A stretch of DNA of 63,834 nt, counting the filler, from Reticulomyxa filosa (taxonomy: Eukaryota > Protista > Foraminifera): NCBI GenBank assembly GCA_000512085.1. It is 14 parts of 14 records of this genome, joined end to end, with 100 filler letters (N's around TTAATTAATTAA, not from the genome) between each part and the next. Parts side by side here need not be neighbours in the genome. Positions count along the whole stretch, not along the records: positions 7,791 to 12,462 come from ASPP01025054.1; positions 12,563 to 14,340 come from ASPP01027003.1; positions 14,441 to 16,522 come from ASPP01010073.1; positions 16,623 to 42,694 come from ASPP01004160.1; 10 more parts are not named here. The stretch is one strand, 5' to 3'. The translations under genes and the position numbers were made by a program. The notes beneath the pieces are model-generated. The model was given only the letters and a program-made list of their open reading frames with translations, ran no database searches and had not been told where the DNA came from. Every line of letters begins with the position of its first letter. Within the stretch, counting starts at the first letter, position 1. This document shows, piece after piece, positions 10,521 to 24,000 of the stretch.

Positions 10521-12562
10521 GCTGTTGATGTTGAGGCACGATATTCTGATCAGTGCCTGTGGCATAATGTGATAGAACAGGGGTTTCGGTCGGAGCATGC
10601 GTGTTTTGTGTAGTGACGCAACTTCACTGTGAACGATTTGACGTGATTGAGTAGAAGGTATCATCTATTTGTAGAATGACAAATTGGCAGTTTAATTTTT
10701 GCGTCTGCGTTTCTTTAATGGTCAAGTGTATGGAACTACTTGGAAAAAAAATTCAGCTCAACTGACAAACGCCAAAAACTTTCGAATTATTTGGGAGATT
10801 ACGTTTTAAAAATACGTTGACAACACAATTGGACGTAGTGCAAAGATCTGTGCAGAATTTTCCGTATTCAATTTTTTATCAATATTTCAAAGTTTTTGTA
10901 GAGATAGGACATGCTTGTTGGAAATATTTATGACACTTTATACCGTGCCAAAGAAGTAAAATTTAAATCAAAAATCTTATCAACAAAACTTGCATCTGTT
11001 GACTTCCTTTGCACTAGCACCACAAAAGTAAGAGGTGGTTTGCTTTCAGCGTCCGCGCAATATCTTCGTTTACCAGGGGAACGAAATGCTGTATGACAGA
11101 AGGCCGCGCTATTTTTGGTTTTCCGAAGGGGCAACAACACGTCCCAGTTTGTAATCTAAATTTCATGCCACAGACAAAAACGCTACATCTTGTTTCTATA
11201 AAAGAGAACTGATTTTTAAAACCGCGATTGTGTAGCAGTGGTTATTGACATTTTTTAAGTTATACTTACCTATTATCTGCTCCGGTACATATAGCATTTT
11301 GTTAATTATCAGGATATGGTAATGAGCTCGGATACCTCCACACATTTTGATTAAATATCGCTTTATTGTGATACGCACAACTTCTAAAGTCTCACCAGAC
11401 ATCTGTATTTTTTTCATTGATACTAAATACACAAGGCGCGTAAACTTGTCAACCGATGTTTTCTTTCGGGCCATGTCAATTCTGGTCTTTGGGTCAGGGA
11501 CTTCAACAAAGTCGAGTCTTGGCTGGGGAGAGCTTCCATTTGAATGCTCACACTCACTTCATCCAATACTTTTTCCCAAATATGTGCAATTTTTGTTGAA
11601 AACATATAAATAAAAGCATTGACAGGCAATAACATTCAAAGAGTATCGGTTCGTTCAACTGAATTTACAAAGAGTTTTCTGGACGAATAGTTGTTTTCCA
11701 GATACACTTGTAAAATTTGACTGTATGGACGACAAGATGGGGTGTGAAAAAGAATTTCTTTTGTTCTTTGAGACAATTCAAATGAAGTGATGAATATTGT
11801 GTTTAATATTTGAATAAAACAGACGTAGTCCAATACCAACCTGGAAAAAAAGAAAATTGTCAATGTTGACCGCAAGTGGGTCTCTTAAGCACTTTGAAAA
11901 ATAACTTTAGTGCCTTTGTATTAATAAAACAGTGTGAAGGCAGTAGACGAGCTACTTCATAGTTATTTTAACATTAATTCATAAAGCAATTTTTTTTGTT
12001 CCCAATCATTGTATTTTATCACAAAAACACAAGAAAAAACTGGTTTTTATCGGTCAATCTCCAAACGTTTTGTTTGATATTAGAACAAAGCGAAACTGAT
12101 CCAAAAAAAAAAAATACACAACAACAACAACAACAGAATAAGAACAAAGCCTAGGTGCGATAGTCTTTGTCGCAGGTATCACTGGCGTTTGCCCTGCAAA
12201 AGACGTGTTTAAACAAATTAAAAAGGATGCTATTATCACTATCATAAAAATTCTTGCCAGCAGTGGTGATGGAAGTGGCCTTACAGCAAAGAGTGGTTTG
12301 AGGATGGGAAAGACTATCGTCATACCATTTTGTTTTCTTTGTCTGAGCGTCGTAGACCTGACAGCATCGTGGATGTGTATTATCCCACGTGACATAAAAT
12401 TCGACGACAGAGCAGACTTTAACAAAGGGATTTTTCTGAGTCTGCGTTTTAGAAGAAGAAGANNNNNNNNNNNNNNNNNNNNNNNNNNNNNNNNNNNNNN
12501 NNNNNNTTAATTAATTAANNNNNNNNNNNNNNNNNNNNNNNNNNNNNNNNNNNNNNNNNNNN

Positions 12563-13330
12563 ATCGAATATCCCAAAATCGAATTGTATTATCCAATGAT
12601 CCAGAACATATCATATTTGAATTACCAATATTATTATCTATTACAAATGGTGAATATTCAACAGCGCGAACACAATTTGTATGTCCATTGAACACTTGAA
12701 TTTATTTACTAGATCGAATATCCCACATACAAACACTGTTATTATCTGATCCAGATAATATTGTATTCACTAATTTATTTTATCAATATTTTACACTATT
12801 GATCCATTGTGAATGTCATTGGAATACTTTCAATTGTTAAACTTTTTACCTGGTTTTGTCGTTTCGTTAATATAAAAAAAAATCATTAAATATTTTGCAA
12901 AATTAATGGTATTTTATTTTCTAATAAAATTGGTAATTTATTCTAAATTGAATCTTTGGTGATGCAAATTAAGTCAATTCAACAAATTTTCCAGACAACA
13001 CTGCTTTGTTTTCATAGATGATCATTTAATCGATCAAAAGATTGATATGATTTTTTTTCTTCAATCCAATTGGTCTAAAATTCTAATAAACACTATATTG
13101 TTTTTGGAGCATGTATAATTTATTATTCGTCTGATTGAACTGTCAAAGAATTTTGAAAATCTTGATCGATCTTGAACGATCTAATTGTACCATAAGCTGA
13201 TACAGAACAAATAAATTTAAAATCACATAATGTTGAATAATCAATAATATATACAATATGAATATATCCAGTAAATGTACTGATTAATTTGGATGATGAA
13301 CAAAATTCATTAAATATAAAATACATAGTT
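12563..13330 (-). pseudogene. WD40-repeat gene remnant (G-beta-like expanded family)
   Basis: Reads 'SSKLISTFTGYIHIVYIIDYST...ICSVSAYGTIR' and 'FNGHTNCVRAVEYSPFVI...ICSGSLDNTIRFWDIR', with the intervening sequence decayed. Confidence 0.8.
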
Positions 13331-13590
13331 GCCTATAAAAAAAAATATTTTTATTTTTATTTGAATTAAAAAAAGAAAAAATAAATAAAACGTAACATAA
13401 TTGAAAACTAGTTTGCAAAATCATAAATCCATACAAATTTGAAATATCAGAATCAATGTCGAACATGACTTGAATTTTTTCTTATTAACATATTATTATA
13501 TACATTTTTTGATTTTTTTGATTGTGAAATAACAAAATGTGAAATTTAATCTTTACAAAAAAATCCTTTGAACGTGATTGATTAAGTTAA

Positions 13591-14340
13591 CTCTGTAAAA
13601 CTAGTTTTACTATCTTTGGTATAATTAATAAAATTTTAGTTAAATAAAATATAAAATAATCTTCTGACAGTATTTTTTTCATGATATACATATATATAAC
13701 CAAAAATAAGTTGAAAAAGTATTTTGAAATACATGATCCTCAAAATAATATAAAAATAGGATTCGCCCGAGTAAAGTAAAAACCAGGATTCAGACAATCA
13801 TTATAACAGGAAAAAATGGTTGAATTATGGACCAATGATTTTTATGAAGCCAAGTGTATTTCTAATATGCTATCAAATCGATCATAGTTGTGTTTACGTA
13901 CTAGTTGACACATTATATAATCGTAGTTCTTTTTTACATGTAGTTTGGGGACTAGGTCTCGTGATAAAGAAGATCATCGATCATGTAGCTTACACTATCA
14001 ACTTATTAAAAAAAATAAGTATTTTTTCACTAAATTTTTTAAGTCATTTGCGTCATATGAAACTCGACGTCATATGTTTTATTTCACAAAAAGATCATTG
14101 GTCCATAATTCAACCATTTTTCCTGTTATAATGATTGTCTGAATCCTGGTTTTTACTTTACTCGGGCGAATCCTATTTTTATATTATTTTGAGGATCATG
14201 TATTTCAAAATACTTTTTCAACTTATTTTTGGTTATATATATGTATATCACTGAAAAAAATACTGTCAGAAGATTATTTTATATTTTATTTAACTAAAAT
14301 TTTATTAATTATACCAAAGATAGTAAAACTAGTTTTACAG
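13591..14340. mobile_element. Non-autonomous foldback/MITE-like element with ~247-bp terminal inverted repeats
   Basis: 13593-13839 is the near-perfect reverse complement of 14094-14340, apart from a few small differences. The ~255-bp spacer is non-coding. TTAA precedes the left end (13587-13590), and the contig ends inside the right TIR. Confidence 0.85.
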
Positions 14341-14450
14341 NNNNNNNNNNNNNNNNNNNNNNNNNNNNNNNNNNNNNNNNNNNNTTAATTAATTAANNNN
14401 NNNNNNNNNNNNNNNNNNNNNNNNNNNNNNNNNNNNNNNNGCACTCGCGT

Positions 14451-14768
14451 TCACATGTCATTACACTTACAACTTGCTTTTTTAAGTTTGCTTTGCAATT
14501 TCCGATTCTCGCGACGCAAATATTGAATTTCTTCCTCCAAGCAGTCAAATGTTTTTATGGTCTCCTCCATCTCTGGGTCCGCTTCCGTGCTGTCGTCCTC
14601 TTTTTTTTCTGCTGTCACTTTGTTCATTTCTTCTCCTTCCTCCTCCTCTTCTATCGGCTCTTCCGGGCGCTTCTCGTCAAACATTGCTTGCGATGATTGT
14701 GGAAGCTGGGGCTCGTTGGTGCAAGTCCCGTTCCATGCAGATTTCACTGCAGACTTTAACAATTGCAT
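14451..14768 (-). CDS. Hypothetical acidic/coiled-coil protein
   Basis: 105-aa ORF with raised GC, an E-rich segment and heptad-like 'LEEEIQYLRRENRKLQSKLK'. Confidence 0.5.
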   Translation of the reverse strand: MQLLKSAVKSAWNGTCTNEPQLPQSSQAMFDEKRPEEPIEEEEEGEEMNKVTAEKKEDDSTEADPEMEETIKTFDCLEEEIQYLRRENRKLQSKLKKASCKCNDM

Positions 14769-15779
14769 GAGGGTGAAAATGCTTCACGCAAAGTCCAATA
14801 TTCTGATGACAAACAGTTCAAAAGCTAAAAATAGGGGGGAAACAAATTTTGAAAAGATTTACCACTTTTCACTGTGTTTTTTTGTTTATCACGTATATTG
14901 CATTCTAATTTGGAGTGAGTTTATGGCATAACTAAATTGCAGCTCAATCCATAACAGAAAAAAGCTGTTTATATTAATGCAATTTATTATGAAAAAATTA
15001 TGCTGAAACTGTGCAAATAGGCGAAATTTGGTGATTGGCTTTTCTATTTTTGCTTGTTCGAAAGAATAAATTTAATACGATGAGAACACAATAGCCTTTA
15101 AAAATGTAGTCATGAAATTTTGTATCAGTATACAAATTAAAACAATATCATCACCTCATAGCAGCTCGGTAGTAAAGATTTGATAGTTTACATAAATTTG
15201 TAGTAATTTTTCGTCTTCGAGACAACCACTCTTCATATTTTTTTCAAAAGAAAAAAGGCTACTGGAAAATATTATGTTTTACAGTAGGAAAGAATAAGAT
15301 AAGCAAGGTCATGTCAAAGGGAAAATGCAAAGTCCCAAGTTACAATTTTACAATGTTCTTAGAAAACGACTTTTTTTCAGTTAAAAAAAAAAGAGTTGTT
15401 CTAAGTTTTTTGTTTGAGAAAATGATTACCATTGACTGAATAATTCCAAATCGGAAGTTAAATATTTCGTAACAAGTATAAGTATGGCATCTTTGACAAT
15501 TCCATATTGTGATCTTTCAAAATTGCAAGAATAATAACAAGCAAAAACATGAGAATTGAGTTCTTTGATTTAGTGGAAAGGTGAACCACATTGGTTTCCC
15601 CTTTTTTTTTTTTGAACAGTTCCTATCTGTACAGCACACTAACTCTATATATTTAAAGTATTACTAAGAGTTGAGTGTAACAATAAAAAGACTCTGAAAG
15701 CTCTTGGACAGGTCATTGTCGAAAGGACTTGAATAAAACAAAAGTACTGAAAAGTGAAACGGGAGGAGGGGGGTAAAGA

Positions 15780-16382
15780 ATGTCGCCAGGATGGTGCAAT
15801 TACAGGAGCGAAGACAAAGCGCACGGGATAATTCCACAAGCGATATGTGGTTGTGCATGGGGTATGATATTTGTGTTGTGGGTGATAGCACTTCCAATGA
15901 CGGTGTATAACACACATCGTTTTTATTCGCAACGACAATTGCGACCAATTGAGCAGCGTCGGCCGGTGATCGTGTTGATAATTCTGTGCATCCTATTGTT
16001 GTACACGACGATTACAGCAACAGTGGACTATCTAATGGGTAGTATGGGCTGTGGTCCTCAGTGAATGAGAATGAGGGCGACAACGACATCTACAACAAAT
16101 TGCGAATATTATACACAGTGCACATTTTGGCAGTGTTTACATGCATAGTATGGCGAGTATACGTGATTTATTTCGACCTCAGCTGCACACAAGAGATTGC
16201 CATGCATGCATGGAAGAACCTGTTGTTGGAAGGAATCAACAGTCGAAAGAGCGTGGTCAGTCATCGCAAGACAATTATGCCGACGCAGTTGCAAGACCAG
16301 CTTATTGAGTTTCAAGAGACTAACAAGCATGAATTTCCAAATTTGGATAACCCAAGTTTCCGAGTATTGCCAGGCATTGAAG

Positions 16383-16416
<34 letters not shown>

Positions 16417-16522
16417 TAATAATAATAATAATAATAATAACAATAATAACAATAATAACAATAATAATAATAACAATAATAATAATAACAATAATAATAA
16501 TGACAATAACAATAACAATAAC
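15780..16522 (+). CDS. Multi-pass membrane protein (7TM-RGS-like N-terminal region), partial; 1-nt frameshift near 16060
   Basis: Hydrophobic helices with an 'IEQRRPVIVLIILC' loop and 'WRVYVIYFD', continuing into poly-Asn at the contig end. Confidence 0.55.
16384..16522 (+). repeat. (AAT/AAC)n microsatellite encoding poly-Asn
   Basis: About 46 AAT/AAC triplets in frame with the upstream ORF. Confidence 0.95.
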
Positions 16523-17199
16523 NNNNNNNNNNNNNNNNNNNNNNNNNNNNNNNNNNNNNNNNNNNNTTAATTAATTAANNNNNNNNNNNNNNNNNNNNNN
16601 NNNNNNNNNNNNNNNNNNNNNNTATAAAAAAGTTCTCATCATACAAATACTCTGGAAATACTGCTCGGATATCGTTGTACACGCCGTTCAAAGCGCCTTG
16701 AGAAGCGTTTGGACATACGACTTTTAGTTTCCTTTTGGTCACCTCATCTTTTTTATTCGTGAAAGTTGCTATTACCTTTGAAATTGACGTCATTAACAAG
16801 AAAAAAGTGTGTTTATGGTCTACAAAAACTTAACTTAAAAGGTCTTCACACGAAAAATATAGAGCCAAAATGATTTAGTCGGTATGGAAAGATTGTCACT
16901 TGCACTAAATGTAATACGAATAGTTATTCATCAAATAGAAAGACAGTTGATCACAAAGAAAAATAAAAGCATACAGAAAAGTTGAAAACAAGTTTTAGAT
17001 GTTCCAAAGTCACTTGGATCTTGTTCACAATCAGTAAGGCATTGTTTTACAATCTTTACAAGAGATTTATAAAAAGTAAACGAATAACAATGTGTTATTG
17101 TTTTTGTTTGTAAATTCATTACAAACAAAAAAGCAAAAAGCGATTGCAACGAATTGAATCAAAATGTTTCATAGAACTGACTTGAATTTCATTTCATTG

Positions 17200-20100
17200 C
17201 TCTAAATTAAACGTCAAACGTGTGACTTAGAAGCAAATTTAGCTCTGTCAACATATCTTTAATCGCTTCATCCAACAATAAATCTCATTCTTTCAATACA
17301 TTACAACATGCCTTGTATTCATTGGATTATTTTGCATCTTTCAATTGCAAAAATGGGCTTTTATTATTCCAAATGAAGTCAATAAGTTTGGTGATGTGTC
17401 ATGCCTCAATATAGCTGCAGGTAAATAGCAGCTTCCATAAAAATCTTTGTTGAAAAATACATCGATTTCATCAATTAAAAGTATCTTTGAACAAATGATC
17501 CGCTCAACTTCATTAGATTTTTTTTCTTCGTCATTATCTGGAAGGATTAAAGTTTGCGCACATTACCTCCTTCATTGATAATCCTTTCACAAGTCTTGTT
17601 GAATGTGCCATAATGAATATGAACAATTACGCCTAAGATATTAAATAATTGCTCAAAGCTTTTGAAGTCTCTGCTGCTCAAGTATTCACTGTATGAAGCA
17701 CAGCTCACATCAAAGCCGAATAATGCTAAAACACAATAAGTGACTGCCAAGGTCACTGACTTCCCTTCTCCTGTTCCGATTTGAATTAAGTGATTTGTCA
17801 ATCCAGTTTTTTCTCTTCAATACCCAACATACGGAATATGGAAATCACTTGAGTTGGGTGTGGTTGTACTAAATAAGAATTTTGATCTCCAACACTTGTG
17901 CATCGTGATAGTATTGTACGTGTTGTTCACATCTCCGTTTCTTGCTTGACACTACGAGCACACATTCTTGCATTATTTGCAAATACACTGAGCTGTTTCG
18001 GGTCATTTTTGACTTTGGTCAAGTTGCTTTGCACAAGTTGGCGATATTTTGTATTAAATTTATCGTACATTTCTTTCAATTTCGATGTATCTATTGGATC
18101 ACCTTTTGCTCTTATCTTTTCTAAAACATAGTCAATTCCATGTGCTTTAGTTTTATAATTAAACAACGCAACAGAGAATCCTTTGAACACACTATGTTCC
18201 GCGACAATGGTTCCACCCATCCCGGTAGGATCTTCTTCTAATTGTGTTGCCAATATTGCAATACTAACACCTCTATTACTCTTTTCCTGTCATTAATAGC
18301 TCATCGATACGTTTGTTGATGGTATCTTTAAAGTCGAAAAGATGCATGGAATGGTCTTTATTTCCACTAAGCGAGGTATTAGGATTTTTGGCTGTAAGTC
18401 ATCAATTGCCTCTTTTTCCAATTGCTTAACTTGTTTGTTCACTGTGGAATCAATAGCTCCAATTTGGGACTTTGCAGTGGTTGAAAAGACGGAATGTTTT
18501 TGCATGGAAAAAAAACACTTATAGTAATGATTAGACGATTACAATTGGAAGCAGACCATTTTTCATTACGTTCCATTCTCTTAACAGCTTCCTGTATTTT
18601 GCTTTCCAATTGTTTTGAACACTGTTTAAGTTTATCAACGCTTGTGACATGAGTTTTGCATTGAGACATTTGCTGCATAAATTCGAGTTTGTCTTTCAAG
18701 TTTTGGAAAAATCGATCTCTTTCCGCATCACTTGCCTTGATTGTCTTTTCATTAATAATCCCTTCCTTGATTGTCTCTTGTACCATCTTTTCCAATTGGC
18801 TGTCAAGAGTACGTTTGGCTTCCGAATATGTCCGTAGATTTGAGGAAGCGTTGGAGTCTTCAGGAATACCACAAGATACCTTTTTTTGCCTAAATAGTTT
18901 CAATTTTTGCAAGAAAAGGCTATCATCACCAATGGTTTTCATGGTGTCCAAAATCTTTTGTAAATCTAGTGAATTTCTTCGATCAAAATGGTCTTGAATT
19001 TATTTTGCAATGATATAAAACAATTGGAAGATTTCCTATCCGATTTCTTGATTTTCTCTTCAAAACCACTTGACATTAATTCACTTGCTTTATCTTTCAA
19101 ATCCGCCTTCAGATCCATGCATCGACTTGCAAAATGTAATGCCTTTTCTGTCAACTCCATGGTATTGGGATTACTTCCAATCTCACAACGACCCAATGCA
19201 GTCAAGCTCGCTATTGTTTGTTGTTGGCACTTTTCGAAATGATTTGTGCAGATCTGAAATGATTCTCGAGATCGAGTATTTCAAGTTTATTTTCAAATTT
19301 TCTGATGCCCCAGTGATGTCTCCGTCGACCCACTTTTGGTCCATGCCTAAAGTAATGTCTCGAGCCATTGTGGTAACTTTTGTTCAACCATCTTTTTTTG
19401 ATTGGTTGTGCACTGATCCAAAAATTGATTAATATCACTCACATTTTTAGTATTGAGTACTTCAGCAACTGCGCCTGCGGCATTGCCCATTTCATTCAAG
19501 ACATCTTTTTCGCCCTGCTTGATCTCTTCGTCAAGCACGTTTTTCATATGGTCAGGTAAGACCATCAATACTACTCTGCAAAGTCGGATACAAGAAGTAA
19601 TTTTCCATGGCCGCGAATTGCCCACTTTTTTCTGGGCTTCAAGTAATTGATCCCTAATTTTTTTGATTATATCATTTTCAATTTCTCTCCATGTACCTTC
19701 GTGGATTGCATCCGTGCTCATCACTGTGCTAAGTTTGGTATAAATTTCTCTAAGTGGGAACAAAAAATAGGGATTAAATATACATCCAGTCAATTGGATA
19801 TTTTTGTATTCATTAACAATTTTTTTCAATGGTTTTCCTGAGTTTATCTGCTCGACCCATGATTGTTCCTGCTTTTTCTTTTCCATTTCTTTCTTGTCCT
19901 TTCTTATTTCTGTCATTATCATCCAAAGGAATAGGTTCACCATAGCCGTCCAAGATGTCCACCACCCTTCGAATCAACGTAATTTTCTTTTCCCCCTCCG
20001 AAAAATTCAATGCATCAAATGTGTTCAATGCCACTTCTATCCATCTTCTGATATGAATTGAATAACAAATTGTTGTGCAGTTTTTATAGTTCTAAGTTAT

Positions 20101-20700
20101 CCACAAATTCGATAACTTTGTTTATGTCGACGTCATTCTCTCCAAGAAACAGCACTTTTCTTAATGTGCCTTTGACCAAGTTATTCAAAAGTCGTGATAA
20201 AGAGGTGATAATATTATTGAATGCTCTTTTCACATTTGGATCTTCAATATTTTGTTGAATACGACTCATATCCGAAGCAACCGCAGCACATTGATTCCTT
20301 TCGATTGCTTCCAATACTGGCTTGATGTCAATCACATTGTCGTAGATTTTTATTTGATACTTTAAAAACAGCTCACGAATTTACAATTGGGTTGAGCAAA
20401 GTCATCTAATGCACTCAATGCTCTGGCGATTGTGATTTTTCTTTTCAATGGCTTAGTGCTTGTCTCCACGGCTGCTAATTTCATCATTTCATCGTGAAGA
20501 TTCAAATAAGTCTGTTTTAATCGTTTGTCAAATTGTTCAATTATATCTTGTGGAAAGTATGTAAATATTGTCGGATAATCTTTTTGTAATTTTTTTACTT
20601 CAGTAAATCGATTGAAAATACTTTAGACTTTTTCAATCATGTCTATGCCGTCGTCTTTTTCTTTCGTTGTTGTCACTTAACTGTGTTTGATAGATCCCCA
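17200..20700 (-). pseudogene. Large helical protein with SecA/DEAD-like SF2 ATPase domain, heavily disrupted
   Basis: Walker A-like 'LIQIGTGEGKSVTLA', 'SYSEYLSSRDF', 'IHYGTF' and Walker B 'KILLIDEIDVFF' (~17490-17450). Upstream ORF fragments are separated by many stops and frameshifts. Confidence 0.8.
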
Positions 20701-21001
20701 CGAAATCCAACTTCGCACAATCACAAAATTGAACATGAAAGAAGCCCACAAAAGACAATATAGAAATTGAGGCCATATTAAAAAAATCCACAGTCTTTTT
20801 AAAACTTGAACTTTTGCAAGGTATATTTTTTGTTTGCAAACGTAAATTGAGAACGAGAGCCTAAATTTGTCAGTTGTTGATTTAAATATTATATTGTGCA
20901 AATACAGACCAGATGTATTTTTATTGTAGTTTAATAAAACTTAGCAGCACGACTTTTGAAAACAGTTTTTTTCAAAAATTCCCATCTGAAAAATATTAAC
21001 A

Positions 21002-24000
21002 ATGGGCACTACAGATTCGCAACCAAGCACGCCCCAAACAGTATCAGAGAGTCCTTCAACAGTATTTTCGTCAAGTACATCAGGTTTCCCATTGATAAAC
21101 CTGTCAAAAAGCAGTAGCAATCCAACAGCGCAGACGAAGCAGAAACGGAAAGAAGACGCAAGCAATACTAAACAAAAGAAGATGAGTGGAAAGACATCAA
21201 TGGAATGGAGAACACAAACAAAGAAATCCTTTGCATTACAAGTGAAAGTAGACGAAGATATAATTCGTCAGGGAATGTTGAAGAAGCAAGGAAAGCATAA
21301 AAAGACGATGCGAAAATACTACTGTGTATTATTAGCAACAGGGACGTTAGTATTTCGTCATCCGAAAACATTTGAAGAATTGCGACGCGCGAAATTGTAC
21401 AACTGTGTTAGTGTTAAATTGACACCTAGCAACCAACCCTCCACGACCAAAGGGAATTCTGGTTACACCAAATTTCAAGTGATAACAACAAAAAGGACAT
21501 GGGAATTCGAAGCTGAGACCGAAAATGACGCCAATCAATGGATTCTCGCGATTTCGGTTGGCGGCCTTTTTTTTTTTCTTTCGTACACATTTGTGATTCG
21601 TTCGTAATATGGAGTGACCACAATTTATGAAATCAAAAAAAATAAAAATATTTTTTTTAAGAGATGTGATCACTTTTTTGATTGGTTGCAAATTGATAAA
21701 TGGGGTTGTTTCTTTTTAATAGACGTTCAAACAAACCGGAAGTGTATCTCCTCGCAACCCAAAACTCACGGAACAGTCTTCAATCAATAATAACAAAGCT
21801 CTGGTCAGTGATGGGGTTGTGTCAAAGGGTCCTCCCGATATAGTTCGTAACACCGACAACGAGAAGAGCTTAGCAATGGCGTCAGACAAAAAGCAGTCAT
21901 CGTCACGTCAACGCACCGAGGGCAATGATTCTGCAGATATTGTAGTGAATAAACCCTGGGGAGTGGTTGTGAGCACGAGGGTTTGGAATGAAAGCAGTCT
22001 TGCCAATGAACGGAAGGCGCGACACGAACATGACAATAGTAATGAGAACGACAATGACGACACAAATGAACAACACTTTTGGACTGCAAACAGCCATTTG
22101 AAAAACGAGAGCCAAGGCCAAAAGCCAATGTTGTCACCGAGACAACGCATGAAACATCGCATTCGAAAACGCACCACCAACGATGGCGGCAAGTCTTCCA
22201 AACTTTCCACCATCACCGCCGAATATTCGGAAATGATGGCAGAAGCTGACACGGACGATTCTTTAATCAGACAAAACAGTCGCGATGTTTCCACTTCGAG
22301 TAAGCTGCTTCGTGAAAAGCGTAGCAGTCGACACATCATTTCATCGTCTGTGCAAGGAGGAGACGATCACTTTTCTCAAATGAGTGATCGAAAGAGATAT
22401 ACCAAAGTATATTTTATAAACTTATACATATATATATATTTTTTTTTTTTGCAAAGGTAATAAACAAATAGATTAAATGTACATTTACACTGTGCACTAC
22501 AAATAAAAGGGCTCATTGTCACGCGGAAGTAGAGGCTCCGCTCGTCATACGACCGATTGGAATGAGCCAATTTCATTTTCATCCTGGAAGCAGTCAATGA
22601 AAGTACTGTTGGACGAACAGAATGCCGAAGGACCCTTGAACGACAAAGAAAAAAATTATTGACGAATTGTTCAATGACGAACAGAAATTGAAAACGGTGT
22701 TTTTGAAATTAACGGATGGAAACAAATTTATGACGATGCAACAACTTGTGTCTTTGATTTCATTGATTCGACGGCGACGAGTTTTGTCATTGCACACATG
22801 CATTCCCATTATATCTTCTTTTTTTTTTTGTCTATCCCTTTTCAATTGGATCTGTGGATTATCCAATGTCAACATATCCATCACATAAATACAGTACGTG
22901 CATAATATATACGCATCTCCCGCAAAGCTTGCATGTGAGACTGCCTAAAATATATGTATATGTACATATATATGTATATATAGAAGGATATCCCTAACAT
23001 GACGATGAAATTGCTGTCTCAGACTGGCACATTGGTAGTACCAAGCAGCCGTGATCCCTCTCCATTGCCACAGCTGCACGTGCAAATAATGGACAATTAC
23101 TCGGCAGGTCACGTTGTGTCAGATAGTATGGTGTCGACGGGGACAGTGATAGAAAAGATAAGCACCGAGACTCCGACGGGAGACAACTCGCCACTGGCCA
23201 CTCCAGACGACAATGCAGAATTTAATGCGGATCAGATGAAACTGCTGGCCGAAGAGCATGAAAAGGTGTTTGTGACGAAGCAGGCGCCTTTGAAAAAAGC
23301 GCATGCGACCACAAGTACCGCCAGCTCTAATGTAATCAGTGCGATACATGGGACTGTTTCCAGTACCACTCCTGGCGCCGGAGTGGCAGGCGGCAACTAT
23401 CGTCGTCGCATCAGCGAAGCAAGTGACCGTTCGTCCGAATCAGTGTCTCGAACGGTGACATTGGAATTGTTCCCGACCTCTTCGAACACTGGGACATCCA
23501 GGGGAAACAGTGTGGCGTCCCTGTTGAGATCGATGCCGCCAAAGGGTCGCCATCCAACAAAAAAAAAGAGACCCAAGTCCAAGACTCCAAGAATCGATGC
23601 GGGCATTGGAATGGGCATGGGCATTGGAGGCAAAAGTGGAAGCAACAAAAGCATGCTCATGGGCAGTGGCAGAGAAAATCTGACCAATGTCGCCATTCAT
23701 TTGAAAAAGATGGAAAGTACCGGTAGCAATTCGTATATGGACGAAGAGGACGAAAGTCGCACTGTGATTGTTACGGGCGAAACGAGTGCGTATGACTCCT
23801 TAAAAGAAGTGCCGATGCTTCGAATGGACGATAATCTCACGAGTGACGAATTTGGGACTTTTGAGCAGATTCGCGAACATAGTGAATATGAATACGAATA
23901 CGAATATCAGGACAGAACGGCTCCTCTTTCGACTACCAGCAAAGCGGACGAAGGACCCAAATTGCTGTCGCATGGTGCCGACACCCATGTTGTTGCTGAA

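Noticed and set aside
11423-11875. Alternative genetic code or selenocysteine readthrough at in-frame stops
   Set aside because: Conserved genes in the window end in TAA or TGA and have long stop-free exons. Internal stops co-occur with frameshifts, which fits pseudogenes.
17547-17801. Bacterial secA contamination
   Set aside because: The same contig carries intron-rich eukaryotic genes, and the architecture is not that of a translocase.
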